A stretch of DNA of 64,000 nt. Origin: Minutocellus sp. GHC0000111. Its lineage: Eukaryota. Positions 22,073-34,900 of the stretch are shown here, in pieces. The notes beneath the pieces were generated by a model. That model ran no database searches, had not been told where the DNA came from, and saw only the letters and a list, made by a program, of their open reading frames with translations. The number at the start of each line of letters is the position of its first letter. The stretch's first letter is position 1. Made by a program: the position numbers and the translations under genes. The stretch is from contig OZ361260.1 in the NCBI GenBank assembly GCA_977018835.1, positions 1,488,001 through 1,552,000 of the forward strand, read 5' to 3'.

Positions 22073-23259
22073 CTACAGATCAGGGTTGCAGTAGTTCGCC
22101 ATATCTTCTCGTCCAGCCTCCTTATAAATATTGGCCAAGTCATCGCGAATGCTCTCCCACTTTCCACCCGTCAAGGCAGTTCGATCCAACAGGTAGTTGG
22201 CCTCATCAATCGCTGCCTGCTCCGGCGTCATGCTCCCCTGATTCTGATCACCCTCCTCTTTCTCATGCTCTCGAATCTTTTCGTAAAATTCCAGCATTTT
22301 GGCCATGGCCTCCGGCGTATCACCCTCGCCGGCAAGCTCCGCCAAACGGGCGATTTGGGCGAAATCATCTGCGTCCATACCAGCACTTGGAATTGGCAAG
22401 CGCAGGCACATGCGTGCGGCATCGCGTGCCTCCTCCTTCCTTTGAGGAAATGTTGAGAGGAGCTTGGCATAGAATGCAAACGTCGACCCAAAGCCAGTGA
22501 ACTTGCCATTGCTCGCCTCGGCGGCAATGAGAGACGACTGCTAATCACCTTTGGCCTGATGACGGAGTGACATTTGTTCATAGAGGTCGGGGAAGGGACC
22601 AATGCGCAGCAGAGCGAACTTATCGAGTCCATACCCCAGCTGCTCGACCGCTCCACATTCATACGGAGTATCCAAGCCGGCATCACTGAGCTTGCCCTCA
22701 CCCAAACCATCGTTGTAAATTGCAATCGTCTCATCGTCATCGGGTGTGCGTCCACCGTCATCTGCAGTCGCAGCAATGCGACGCATCAAATGCTCCGAGT
22801 TCAGGGCCAGCAGCTTCATTCCTGGTCCATGCAGCTGTGCTTCGACGATGGGAAGGGGGGCATTGGTCGAGCTCTCGTACATGGGTTCGTCGTCGGCATA
22901 CGCTCTTTTGAGAGCGCACACGTAGTTGCCAGATGAGGTGGACTTGGCAAGCGGATAGAGGTGAGGATGCAAGCCGAGAGTTTCCTCGCTCACTCCATCA
23001 ACGGGAACAATGTCACCGTCGGGCTTTGCACAACCCCGGCTGCCGGGAGCACCGGCACGAGACAACAAGCTCTGGAGAGTAGAGAGACGGGAGATGCCCT
23101 GCTCCACGTCGTCGTTGGTGGTGCTCGCCATCCATCGTCGAGTTGCAATGCGACCGGCAGCTGCTGTTGCGCCGTTCTTGGCGGAAAATGCCCTTGGCGA
23201 CTTGCGCTGGCCAATAGGACTGCCACACACATGATTAAGGAGGAAGAGGGGGTGGTCAT
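22073..23259 (-). CDS. PAB-like protein (chloroplast ATPase biogenesis) with an in-frame TAG at 22541-22543 and a probable indel at about 23200
   Basis: GLHPHLYPLA, LPIVE, LLALNSEHLMRRI, IGPFPDLYE, KGD*QSSLIAAE, EARDAARMCLRLP are all in one frame across the stop. Signal-peptide-like MTTPSSSLIMCVAVLLASA starts at 23259 in a neighbouring frame. Confidence 0.75.
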
Positions 23260-23377
23260 GCTTCACTGGGCGGTCCTCGGGCAGGCAAGGTCGGCGCTTT
23301 GCAGCTTTGGCGGTGCGGTATCGAGCATTCGCTCGATCGAGCGAGAGCGAGAGCATCCCTGTCCGTCGCCAGCGAGT

Positions 23378-23428
23378 ACGTACTCTAGCTACACGTAGAG
23401 TACCTACCTAGGTAGGTACCTAGGTACG
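23378..23428. repeat. Cluster of TA-anchored palindromes in a divergent promoter region
   Basis: TACGTACTCTAGCTACACGTAGAGTACCTACCTAGGTAGGTACCTAGGTACGT. Similar clusters at about 7046-7080, 11520-11590, 26760-26790 and 63715-63890. Confidence 0.8.
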
Positions 23429-23542
23429 TCAGTGGCCTACGACATGCATTGAGCAGCCAAGAAAAATCTGACTGAAGGGCGCCAACGCGCCAACATCCGC
23501 CGGTCATTTCTCCCTTTCAAGCCAGGCAAGAAGCAAGCTGCC

Positions 23543-24871
23543 ATGAGGATCGATCTCGTCGTCGCAATGTTCATGTTGAATGTGGCTGGAAGAAGGTCGT
23601 GGGCATTCTCCTGGCATTCCTCCAGCGTCGTCAAAAGCCTTGCTGGTCGAGGGCCTTCTAGTAAGACGCCATGTATCGATACCAAGCCAGCAGCAGCAGC
23701 TCTTCGATGCCGTAACCACTGGGGGCGTTCATCGTCCACCGTCATTTTCAGTATCACCGCAGCCCAAGAGGATCAGGCCGAGATCAACGCTGCCGATGCT
23801 ATTGGTTTCGACGACAAGCAACCATGGAAAAATCTCTGCGGCGAACCAATCGAATCGTTGCTCGTGGTTGGCGACGGAGACCTAAGTCATTCTGCTGCCA
23901 TTGCTCCCCTGTTGGCCGATCTCAATGTGAAGCTGACGGCAACTGTACTGGAAGATCAGGAGACTCATCATGCAACCTACCAGCAATCGAGACAGCACAC
24001 GGAGACCATCCGTTCTCATGAGCATACCGTGCAGTTCGGAATCAATGCAACGGATCTGATCAATCACTTTCCAAAAGGCAAAACAACGTTTGACCGAATT
24101 CAATTCAATTTTCCACATTGGCGTGGCAAAGCCAATCATCGACATAATCGGGCCCTGCTTGACAATTTCCTATGCAGTGCAGTCGATTACCTATCCGAAA
24201 GGGGAGAGATTCATATTGCATTGTGTGAAGGGCAGGGCGGTGGCACGGCAACCACCAAGAAGGAGTGGAGGGAAAGTTGGAAGGCCGCAGAATATGCAGC
24301 TACTCACGGCTTGCTGCTGCGATCCGTAACACCCTATCAACCCGTTTATGATTTAAGCTCCCATCGTGGCATGGACCGAGCATTCCGAGTTGGGAAGGTA
24401 CCCAAGTTGTATGTGTTCAATAAGCCGGATTCAGATGCGAGTGTGAAGACAAGGAGAGACCTGCAAATGTGTTGTCGTCATGAGTTGCATGTGAATTTAC
24501 CCTTGGAAGGACTGCGACCTGGCTCGCCTTACACAATTGACGATATTGTTGAGGGATCAGCAATCAAGACCATTGCAGAGGGTGTGGTCGATCACGGTAT
24601 TCGCGTAGATGTACCCATGCGTCGAATCTTGAAGCCAGAGGAAGCCAACTCAGATGTCCCGGTAGCAGTCTTCTTGATGAGTTACTGTGGCGAAGGGACA
24701 ACCCTCACAAGAGACCAAGCCGATGGATACCGATGTGCTCTCGAGGCAGAAATTCAGGAAAATCATCTACCGCTACGATCCAACCGAGCAGGTAGATTGG
24801 TTTCGAGGCCATTTCCCTCTCCCCTGTTGGACAATCTCATATATCACTATCTCCAACCCAAGGAGGATTAG
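23543..24871 (+). CDS. BMT5-like (DUF2431) rRNA methyltransferase domain protein with a probable FDX-ACB-like C-terminus
   Basis: LVVGDGDLSHS, VQFGINATDL, FDRIQFNFPH, GEIHIAL; N-terminal targeting-like presequence. Confidence 0.85.
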   Translation: MRIDLVVAMFMLNVAGRRSWAFSWHSSSVVKSLAGRGPSSKTPCIDTKPAAAALRCRNHWGRSSSTVIFSITAAQEDQAEINAADAIGFDDKQPWKNLCGEPIESLLVVGDGDLSHSAAIAPLLADLNVKLTATVLEDQETHHATYQQSRQHTETIRSHEHTVQFGINATDLINHFPKGKTTFDRIQFNFPHWRGKANHRHNRALLDNFLCSAVDYLSERGEIHIALCEGQGGGTATTKKEWRESWKAAEYAATHGLLLRSVTPYQPVYDLSSHRGMDRAFRVGKVPKLYVFNKPDSDASVKTRRDLQMCCRHELHVNLPLEGLRPGSPYTIDDIVEGSAIKTIAEGVVDHGIRVDVPMRRILKPEEANSDVPVAVFLMSYCGEGTTLTRDQADGYRCALEAEIQENHLPLRSNRAGRLVSRPFPSPLLDNLIYHYLQPKED

Positions 24872-24943
24872 ATGAGTACAGAGTGGAGATGGATCGAATC
24901 AAATTGAATGAAAAGCCAGTGGTTTCGATTACAAATATTGTGA

Positions 24944-26623
24944 TTATAGGCTACTGCCACGGCCGCTATCAGTACCGCCAGCATCCTCTTTGTTGCTGTC
25001 TTGATGATCAACAATCTGCATGCAGTGCGAGAGAAGCTGACTTATCTGGGCTATTGAGCAAAATATACCGGAACTATCGTCGCTATTTGGAGGAATAAGA
25101 AGACTTGACATGATCGAGTCAATCTCGTGGATATGATCTTTTGCCTTCTTTAGAGTTTCAATGGCAGCACCGCATTCGACTTCGTTGTACTTATTGGTTG
25201 TTTTGTTGTCGGAATTTATCTGAGAGGTGTCACGTTCCAACCATCTTGTGCCAAACGATGAACCGATGAACCAAGAGCCAATGGGAGCTGTCACCAAGAT
25301 GCTAATGATGGCAGTTGAGATGATTTCATTGCACATTTCGACGTAGATTTGGTACTCAGATCGGCCCACCATCAATTCCTTCACCATGGCAAGTGGGAGG
25401 AAGCGCAGAGCAGCTTGCACAGTTGCTTTTGGACACCAGCTCAACGCAATGAAGCATCTCTCAAGCTTGGTGAATCCAGCTCCGTTGGTTGACAGGTACG
25501 CAAAAAGTATTCGTCCGACCAATCCAACCATCACAATGGCAAGGCTCCGAGGAATTATCCGAGCAGACATGGTGTGAAAATTGAGTGCAGTTCCAACGGA
25601 AGAGAACAAAAGAGGCTCACAAATCATTGTCCAGATGAATTCCATGTCCTTGCCCGTTTCGTAGACCATATTGTCGCTCTCGGCACCGCCATGATTCTTC
25701 TGGTGACATCGGTGACACAAGCCCTTCCAAATGAAGGCAGCAATGGCGCCAATGGCAATTGATGCTAGCGCACCGCTGCCGGGAAATCCAATCTTTTTGG
25801 TGCCATTCATTGCTATGAGACCAAACAAGAGCAGGATGGATGTTCGTTGCCATCGATGCCTCCACAAATTGGTGAGTGACATTATCAGACCACCACTGAT
25901 TCCCAATCCTATTCCTAGCAATACTGTGAGAGGCATGTTCAGGACCAACCAGACGACATTGGTACTCTCATCACGTATGGCAATGCCAATGCACATACTG
26001 AATGCTGATATGGCGACAATGTCATCCAACGATGCCGCTGCAATAACGAGAGATGGAATACCCTTGCTGACGCCATATCCTTTGCGACGTAGATTCAGCA
26101 TCCCGCCTACTACAACAGCTGGTGAGACTGCCGCCAGTACAAATCCTTGGGCCAAGGCCAGCAGCGGTGCCATGCCCAGTATGATCACTGATGCGAGAGC
26201 GGTAATCAGCGCTTCGAATAGAGCGGGTAAAATGGTGAGCCTGAACGCCACGCTTCCGGCCTTCCGAACCTTTTGATAATTAATATCGAGGCCAGACCGT
26301 AGAAGGATTACAACTAGTCCAGAAGAACGTATTCTCGCGTGCCAAACATCTGGCAAATCGAAAGTAGATACTGTAACATTCGAGAGCACAATGCCCGACA
26401 CTAGATGGCCGACAAGTGGCGGGAGACCAAGCACTTTGGAGATGGAGCCTCCGCTTATTGCCAGCGTCCAGAGCGCGCAGAGAATGAACCACGGAGTACT
26501 GTTGTTGTTTGGATCGGATTTGGATGGGTCATCAATGCCGAGGATGTATAGAAGAAGATAAAAGAGTGCGACGGGGGTCACACGACCTACGTAGGCCCTT
26601 CCCTCTTTTTGTAGAAGCTCCAT
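24944..26623 (-). CDS. Na+/H+ antiporter, NHA/SLC9B family
   Basis: LPPLVG, AAVSPAVVV, GYGVSKGIP, AASLDDIVA, EPLLF, WCPKATVQAA, ILVTAPIG. Confidence 0.92.
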   Translation of the reverse strand: MELLQKEGRAYVGRVTPVALFYLLLYILGIDDPSKSDPNNNSTPWFILCALWTLAISGGSISKVLGLPPLVGHLVSGIVLSNVTVSTFDLPDVWHARIRSSGLVVILLRSGLDINYQKVRKAGSVAFRLTILPALFEALITALASVIILGMAPLLALAQGFVLAAVSPAVVVGGMLNLRRKGYGVSKGIPSLVIAAASLDDIVAISAFSMCIGIAIRDESTNVVWLVLNMPLTVLLGIGLGISGGLIMSLTNLWRHRWQRTSILLLFGLIAMNGTKKIGFPGSGALASIAIGAIAAFIWKGLCHRCHQKNHGGAESDNMVYETGKDMEFIWTMICEPLLFSSVGTALNFHTMSARIIPRSLAIVMVGLVGRILFAYLSTNGAGFTKLERCFIALSWCPKATVQAALRFLPLAMVKELMVGRSEYQIYVEMCNEIISTAIISILVTAPIGSWFIGSSFGTRWLERDTSQINSDNKTTNKYNEVECGAAIETLKKAKDHIHEIDSIMSSLLIPPNSDDSSGIFCSIAQISQLLSHCMQIVDHQDSNKEDAGGTDSGRGSSL

Positions 26624-26797
26624 GGCGCTCAACATACATCGTACATGTAGGCTCAGTTGCTGGCTGAATGATGGAGCATTCAGCCAGGATATCCTATCAA
26701 TAGTGAAAATAGAACCTGTGCTCCCAAAATCTGTGTTTCTAATTTATTTTGTTCAGCTCTACCTACTACGTAGCTACAGTAGTCTAGACCATTTTCT

Positions 26798-29700
26798 TCA
26801 CTTTTCATCTGCGCCGTCGAGCTTCTTCTGTGCCTGCATCTGCCGACTGACTAAATTATTGTAAGCACCGCCTTCAATTTTGACTAGCGCGTCGTGGGTA
26901 CCTTTTTCAACCACCTTTCCCGCTTCGATCACATAAATGACATCAGCATTGCGAATCGTTGAGAGCCTAGAAAAAGAGAGTTAAAAAAGGCGAGTTAAAA
27001 AAGGCGTGTGAGCTAACGGCAGGCGCACGGCTCATTCTACTAAGATATTGGAGCATGCAACATCACCTCTTCCGCTCACCTATGGGCAATGACCATTACA
27101 GTCATGGAATTTTCTTCGTCTCCAGCTTCGTGGCTTTGTCTTTCTCTCTTGAGCATTCCATCAATTGCTTCTTGGACAGAAGCTTCGCTTTCGGAATCAA
27201 GCGCAGAAGTCTGAGAGAATCAAAGGCATGGCAGTAAGATCACGTGAGACTCTTGTAATCTGATAATGAAAAAACACGAAGATGCCGGACCAAAGCTCCC
27301 CTCGCAACTGCACTCACCGCTTCATCAAGCAAAAGAATACGAGGATGCCGGACCAAAGCTCTTGCAATAGCCACACGTTGTTTCTGGCCGCCAGAGAGCT
27401 GCACTCCTCGCTCTGTGTAGGATTTGTAGACACACAGACACAAACATAATGAATGAAAAAATGAATGAACGAAGAAGAGATAAAACCAACACTGCAAAAT
27501 TGGCCCGGCTTGATTCAACTCACCCCCGACTTCAGTTTCATATCCCTGAGGCAAATTCTCGATGAATGCATGGGCATTCGCAAGCATGGCAGCCTTCTTC
27601 ACCTCTTCTTCTGTTGGCTCGTGAGGTGTTCCTTCGAGGCCGTAAATGATATTGCGATGAATGCTGCGTGCAAACAGAGTAGGTTCCTGACTAACAATGC
27701 TGATGTTGCGACTCAGAAATTCATAGCTCAAATCCTGAACCCTCTTTCCATCAATTGTGATTTGTCCTGCGCTGGGATCATATAGGTGTTGCACAAGAGA
27801 GACAATGGAAGATTTCCCACCTCCACTAGGTCCAACCAAGGCTACCACCCTTCCTGGCGGCGCTTCCAGAGTCAACCCGTGCAAAATTTTTCGCTGAGGA
27901 CGAGCTGGGTAAAACATTTCTACATCGTTCAAGTTGATCTGACCCTTGCAGGTACCACTTGGCGGACAAAGTCCTCGGTGGCGATGATGCACAATGTTCA
28001 TTGGCTTAATTCCGTACTGAGCAAGATTACTAGTAGCCAAAGAGCACTCTTGGCGTGTGTCGACCTGGGGCGCTGTAGCTGTTACACCCGATGGCTCTTC
28101 AATCTTTGGCTGGCGATGGATCAATTCAAAGACCTTGTCGGCAGCTCCAACGGCCTGGGTCAGGCTGGCAAAATAAATATAGAAGTGATACAGTTGAAAA
28201 GCATGTTGAATAAACGAGCCGAAACCAGGAGAATCCTCCTACGTGTATTCAAAACAGAAGTCTCACCTTGCAAATATAGATCCGATTGAGTTAAATGCGT
28301 CACTCAACGAGGATAGATAAAGAAGGAACGTGACTAATTGTCCACTACTGATGTGATCAGGACCATCGCTATGCACCAAGAGCCCTCCATAGAACAAAAC
28401 GACCGCGATCATGATTTGAGGAAGTGAAGTAGTAAGGGTAGCATAAAATAGATAGGCAATGGCCGACTTTTTATTCAAAATAAGATACCGTTCGCAATGC
28501 GTGCTGAATTCAAAAAGCTCAGCATTTTCTGCCCCGAATGCTCGCACCGTTGGCATAGCGCTCAGCGCCGCTTCACTTACAGAGTTGCCATCAGCAAGTT
28601 TCTTCTGCATCAGCTTAGTGAGGCTTCTTATGTAATGGCCGTATCCCTTACTGAGGACTGTGATTGCCGGCACCGAAATGAAGGCAAGGAGGGTGAGCTG
28701 CCAAGATATTGTACACATGAAACCCAATACGCCGATTGCTTGCACTAGAGACCGAAGAAACACGTTCACATTCAAGGTCACCTGATCACCGACGAGGGTC
28801 GTATCGCTAGTCAGTCGAGAGGAGATATGTCCTGTCTTCGTCGTGTCGAAGAACCCCATCTCCTGTGTCAAGAGACTGTCCATGAGCTCCACTCTCAGTC
28901 GGCAATTGACACGTCCACCGACCACCGTAAAGATACTGCCACGAAGACCAGAGAAAATACCGCCCAAAATGGACGCCAGCACCAGCTTCTCGACATTGCT
29001 AACGAAGCCTGGAATAGCCCAGGGGGAGGAGTCCGAGTCCGCATGGTCGTCATCGCCGCTATCGTCGCTATAGGCACCGGCAAGCGCATCCAATACCTTT
29101 CCTGTGTAATGAGGCACGTATATCTATATAAAGAAGATAGAAAGAATTGAAGTTTGAGAGAAATTTGCACTGATGATGCATATACTACATGTCACCGGCA
29201 TTAATTTGATAACTCACCTGAGCCATGGCCGCGCAGAGCAAAAACACGAATGCGAGGGCAATAAGATGAGCATCGGGCGCACAGACGCCGAGCAGATCGC
29301 GCCACCCGGCACTGTAATTAGAGTCCCCGGTGATATCGCTCACTCCAGCTCGCTCCCCCGCCTCTCCTTCGGTGTTGTTGTTGTCATTGCCGTTGTCAGA
29401 ACCTTCTTCTTCATCGTCACTGTTGTCCCCAACATCCGAAGAAAGCAATGGCGCCAATAGGTTGGAACTGGACATGCGGGACATGATGGTTGACCGTCTG
29501 CGGGTGGTCAGCTGCCGCTGACGCCGTCCAATCTCACCGGCAATCAATCCGACCGATTCCAACATCACGGACTCCACGACGCAGAACACAGCCACCAGAC
29601 AAAGGGCGGCCCAAAACAGCGGATGCGACGGCTCGGCATCGTCGAATACACCAATCTCTACATTGAGTCGAGCGAAGCATTTGATGACCAGAGTTAGACT

Positions 29701-30228
29701 GCACACAAGCGCAATGAACTCACACGGGAAGGCAGACCGAGAGGTGTAGCGGCGAAGCCACGGCGCGCAGGCCTCTTCCAGCGCCTCCTCTTCGAGGTCT
29801 TCTCGCGATTTGCGCTCTCCGTTGGGATGGTACGGGTCAAAGGGCGTGCTGGGAGGCTCGTCATCCTGCAGGTACGACCGAAGCAGGCAGTAAGCGGCGG
29901 CGAGTATGCGCAGGACGGACAGTGCATAGAGATCGACCAGGGACCCGTACAGAGTATAATGCTCCGTTTCATCTTCCACCCGCCGAATGCGAAGGAAAGT
30001 CCAGGGAAGGAGGAGAACGTTGGTGCAAATGAGGTCGACGGCAAGGAAGGTGAGGAGGACCACGAGGCGTCGTCTCGACTTGAAATTGTTGCCTTGGCCG
30101 GAGATGGCGGAGACGGATGAGGACTGCCGACCAGCCATGGTCCCACCGCCGCTGGTGTTTTCGGACCGCCGACCAGCCATGGTCCCACCGCCGCTGGTGT
30201 TTTCTTGCCTACCGGTTTGTCTGCACAT
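26798..30228 (-). CDS. ABCB half transporter (TAP/ABCB9-like), multi-exon
   Basis: TMD motifs (QEMGFFD, SRLTSDT), Walker A GPSGGGKS, Q-loop SQEP, LSGGQKQR, ILLLDEA; several GT-AG introns; stop TGA at 26798. Confidence 0.92.
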
Positions 30229-30497
30229 TGTTGCGCTTTCGCTCAAAGAATGATAAGCAGTCCAAATTGAAAAATGAGGGAGGAGGCAGCGCAGGGAGGA
30301 CAGGCGCCGCTCGGCGAAATTCTCTCCAACTTCCCCGTCTTCTAGTCTGCGTACGTAGATCCCTACGTACGAAATTACCTTCCTGCCGCCCGCTGACGCA
30401 ACCATGGTGGTGTCGTCAGTCGATAGCGCCGTCGCTGTCGTAGTCAGCGCGGTACGACTTACTCCATCCGCAACGCCCACAATACGAGACAGCAAAC

Positions 30498-31753
30498 ATG
30501 TTCCAGCGAGCATCAGTGCTTCTCCTTGCCCTCCCGCTTGTGGCCAAGGCATTCGTTGTTCCCTCGAGCAGGGCTGTTGCAGGCGACTGCCAATCAGCAT
30601 GTGTTCTTCAACAGCGCCAGACATCACCATTATCACCACAACCATCCTCCTCCTGGTCAACTGCCATCCACAGCAGTAGCAACGACGAAGAGGATTCCGT
30701 CCCGACGTCTCGACGACGACGAAAGGCCGCCGGCCTCGACCCAGAGATGCGTTCCAAGCTGCTATCGGAAAGCATTGCCCCATGGCGGACCGTCCGATTG
30801 TTCCTGTACGTTGCTGCCGGCAGCGGTGCCCTTATTGGTGGTCTCATCACCCTGAGCGGTGTGGCGGCTGCTCTCAGTGGGGCCAGGACCGACGTCGATT
30901 TGAATACCGAGGTATGTCATTTGCTGTGATTCTCGATTCGAGAGACGAGTTGGTGGATGCCGCCGCCGTTGTATCTTTGCTTGTTTTACACGAGATGAAA
31001 CAAGTGGCATATCTTTCATGTTCAACATACAAATCCTCTCATTCAATTGCATCATCTTCCGCTCAAAAGTACGTGAATCTGGCAATCGATTTCGGTGCGG
31101 TGCTGGCCTTTGTCCTTGCCTTTCGATTCGACATTGGCAAGGCCGCCGAGCTCAATGAGAATGTGGCGGCAAAGCTTGAGGCCAAGCGGGACAGCAAGAA
31201 AATTGCCGCAGCCCTGAAGGAGCGGGAGGCGGCGATTGGCAAGCTCAAGATCAATGTCCGGGTATCCGAGGACGGGAAGCAAATGAAGGAGGCCACCGTC
31301 AGCGAGGTGCAGGCCGGTGCCAAGCAGCACATGATCATTGTCGTTGGAGAGCGAACTGCCATCAAGGATGCCCTCTTCTCGGCCAAGCTTGTTGACTTTG
31401 CTGTTCGAGACGTCCTCATCGTCCCGTATGAGTTGGCAACCGATGCGGAGAAGGCCACTCGGCCAACGGGAGGATTTGGACAGCGACCTTCTTGGGAATC
31501 AGCTCCGTACGTTGCCGATCCCAGCGGTGACGGATGGGATGAATATATCAACGAGGAGCTTCAGGATGCGATTAAGCAAAACGGGGAGAGCGTCCGCAAG
31601 GACGGCATTGCCATTGTGGTAAAGAACAATGGTTCGGTCGTTCGTCGTGGCGTCGGAAAGGTGCCATGGAGAGATATGGTGGAGGAACTCGAAGAGAAGA
31701 AGAAGGATGACGTTGAGATGGCTGATCTTCGTTTCCTGACTCCAGGCGAGTAG
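30498..31753 (+). CDS. LPA1-like (DUF3493) plastid protein; intron 30912-31069
   Basis: Bipartite presequence (VAKA-F), LLSESIAPWRTVRLF, W..YI and GSVVRRGVGKVPW at the C-terminus. Confidence 0.85.
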
Positions 31754-31938
31754 AAAAGGAGAGAGATTGATGCCTTTCCATCGTATTGAAGATATATATT
31801 TGATAAATATCGCTTATGCTTATGGCAGTTAGTTGCACATTAGAGTACTTTAGTGGAGCCTGCTTTAATTAAGCGCAATATTTTATAAATAAAGGCACAT
31901 ATAACATGCAGATAATACACCGCATGCGCAAATAACGA

Positions 31939-34900
31939 TCATCTCTCTCGATGGGAGAGGCGGAAGCGTCGGGCTAACTTCATTGCCACCTCGGCAGGCC
32001 ATAATTCCGGCACATCACCGACTTCCACCTCTACGTCACTCAGTTGCGCATACATGCATTGAGACCGAACAACTACAGGGAACATGGGTTTACTTGCCTC
32101 GTTGGCATGAGTTTGTTCATCCATCTCAAACTGAGCCTGTAATTGGAACTTTTCACCTTCTCCTAGCTCAGAGACGCACCAAAGAACCGACCGCTTTTCC
32201 GGATCCCAAACACCCCCTGGGGGGGATGTGATAAGCGACTCGCCCTTGACAGTAGGTGGAACTGCCATTATGATGGTAAGATCTGTGAGATCATCCTCGT
32301 TGGCAGGATTGGAGCTTACCTGTAAGGCAACTCTGACCATGGATTCGCCGTGTGGTCGAACGCGAGTTTGGACACGCTTGTATATAAAATGGGATTGTGT
32401 TGTTGGTGAGAAAGAAAAATGCTTTGCTAGGCTTTGATACGGCGATAATGCCATAATCACGACAACGATAGATAGTCATAAAATAAACAAGCAACTCACA
32501 ATAGGAACTGGGCTTAAGTCATTGCTGCATTTGTACTTCATTACGGGGAAGTAAGATGACGTTTTGGGAAGCGTCACAACATATTTGCGCTCATGTTCTG
32601 ATCCATCGGCAACATTCTCTCCTGTTATCGACGCAACCGCAGCTCCATATCCCCCAGCATATTTCTTATTCTCTTGAATTGATCGAATGTGGCGGGATGG
32701 ATCGCGCAGGTACAATGCAAATGGAGGTGGCTCGTCGTCCGGAGCCATGGCATCGCCCAAACCTTCCACGTTCTTGATTTGGACCTGGATCATACCATCA
32801 ACCGAGCAGCTGGATATCTTGGAATCCCTATACGAGCAGGTGAGATCCTCGTTGAGTGCCACACTAACCTGGAATCGAACTGTCGCTGGCGCCTCTTGCA
32901 AAGGAGAGGCAACTGGAGGATCAGAGATGGTTGTTCCAGCGATTGCAGCTTCCAAAGCAGAGGTTGCCGCGGCGTCTTGGCTGGACTGTCGAGTTAGACG
33001 ATTCAGCGAAGGTCCTGGACTAGTCGGTTGAGGACCAGGACTTAATGGGATTTGTTGCGGTGGGTGGGGTGACATCGGAGCATCCTCGAAGAAGCCATCC
33101 GCGTTGACGCCCTGCGGCGTACTTAGCGGAATAGGCGTTGCCTCCACAAGTCCTCTTCCTTGGGTTGCTGCCGCCATTTGGCCACCTTGGCCACCAGCTC
33201 CCACATCCCACCCATCTCCTGCGCCATCAAATGCAAATGGGTCGAATGTAGCGGCCGCCTCCTGCGCCGGCATAGATTGCTCGTTGAATGCAAAGGGATC
33301 CATCGCTGCCTCACCTGCACTCGCGGGTGGAGTTCGATCACCAGACTGCTGCTGCTGGCGCCCAGAAGTTTTGCGACGGTCGGAAGGTGCTCTTCTGAGA
33401 CCTGTACGTCCTGTATCTCTCCTGGGACCGGACAGTCGGGAGGTTGGCGACACAAGCGGCGATCTTCCGACACCAGATTCATTTGGCGACAGACCAGTCG
33501 GTGGTAGACTAGAGGAACCTCCTCTTGGCGTGGATGCAGCCTCTTTTGGGGGAGACATCATTGGCGGGACGCTTCCAGCAGCGCCACCCGGCCTCCTGCC
33601 TCCGACCGACGACTTTCGTGGAGGAGCAAAGGCTTCGAGGTCGATCGGGCCCAAGTCAAGTGGATTGAGCCCCCGGCCGTATCGTTTCCGTCTTTGTAAC
33701 TTCCCGCTCGCCTCCAATCTAGCTCTTGCCTGATACGGGGGTATCACCATGTCGTCTTCGGCAACACCCAGGATCTGATATTGTTCGAACAGTATCCGTG
33801 TCTTTTCAGCGGGACCGGCACTCGCTGCCCACGCGGCACCGCCAAAGCGGGAGCTGCCTCCGGCACCACCACCAATTGACGAGGACAGACTGTGCCTGCT
33901 TCCACCGGAAAGAGATGCGGCAGCACCACTCCGACGCTTAAGCTTGTTCGAGGAAAAGCCAAACTTTTTCGATCCGACGCCGCTGCTGCCCTTGGCCGAT
34001 CCAGGTCGGAAGCGATTGCTACCCTTCACGGAGGCCGGGCCACTCTCGGCGAAAAATTGCACGTCGTCATCGTCTAGGGCACCACGCTCGGCATCAATCA
34101 TGGCGTTTGTAGCAATGCCATCAGCATCGGCAAGGAGCAGAGCACTCAATGTCGACCGAGCATATCGTCGAGCTTCCGACAGGATGTTGGTAAGATTGTT
34201 GGCACTCGTAGCTTTGTATTTGCTACCTCCACCGCTGGTGGCGGCCGCAGCTGCCGCCTTGACAGATTTGGCCGAGACAACTCCAAGTCCCTGCAGGAGG
34301 GCGACAGAGTCGGCAAATCGGAGGGGTAGGGTGGGAACCAGCTCGGAAGTTTCCAGGATGGAATTGCACCCAGACACTGCGACGGCAAGAACTGCGGCCG
34401 ATATTGTTGGTCCAGCCGGAGTTGGATCTGCAGCGGATGGATTGGCAGTATCAAACGACACGGCCTTGCCATTCGCATTGCCGTCCGATACGGTCGATCC
34501 CGAACGCAAAGCCGACGCTGCCGCTCCGCCCTGGGATGACTTGGGGGAGGCAGCAGCAGCAGCAGCAGCTGCGGAAGCGGCCGTGGCCTCGGCACTCCCC
34601 AGCAACAGCCCGCAGATCCGTCCGACCAGGACCGTGTCCCTCACGACGATGTAATGCAAGGCCACACCCCCACCGCTCCGCTGTGGACGGAACACCCGCA
34701 CATCGCTGGTCCGACGATGGTGGCTGTAGTATGACGCATGATGACCATACAAAGCATGACCATCGTCACGGAGGAGGTCGGACCCGACGGCATCCCTCAG
34801 CCTCATGTGACGCTCGTACCAGTGCTCGGGAGCCGCGCCGTCGTCACTGTGCTCATTGTCATCGCCGCCACTTTCCTTCTTGCGCTTTTCTTCGGCCTCT

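Noticed and set aside
13423..22543. Stop-codon reassignment or selenocysteine explaining the in-frame TGA and TAG
   Set aside because: TGA and TAG end many intact genes here, and long ORFs lack internal stops. Isolated substitutions are simpler.
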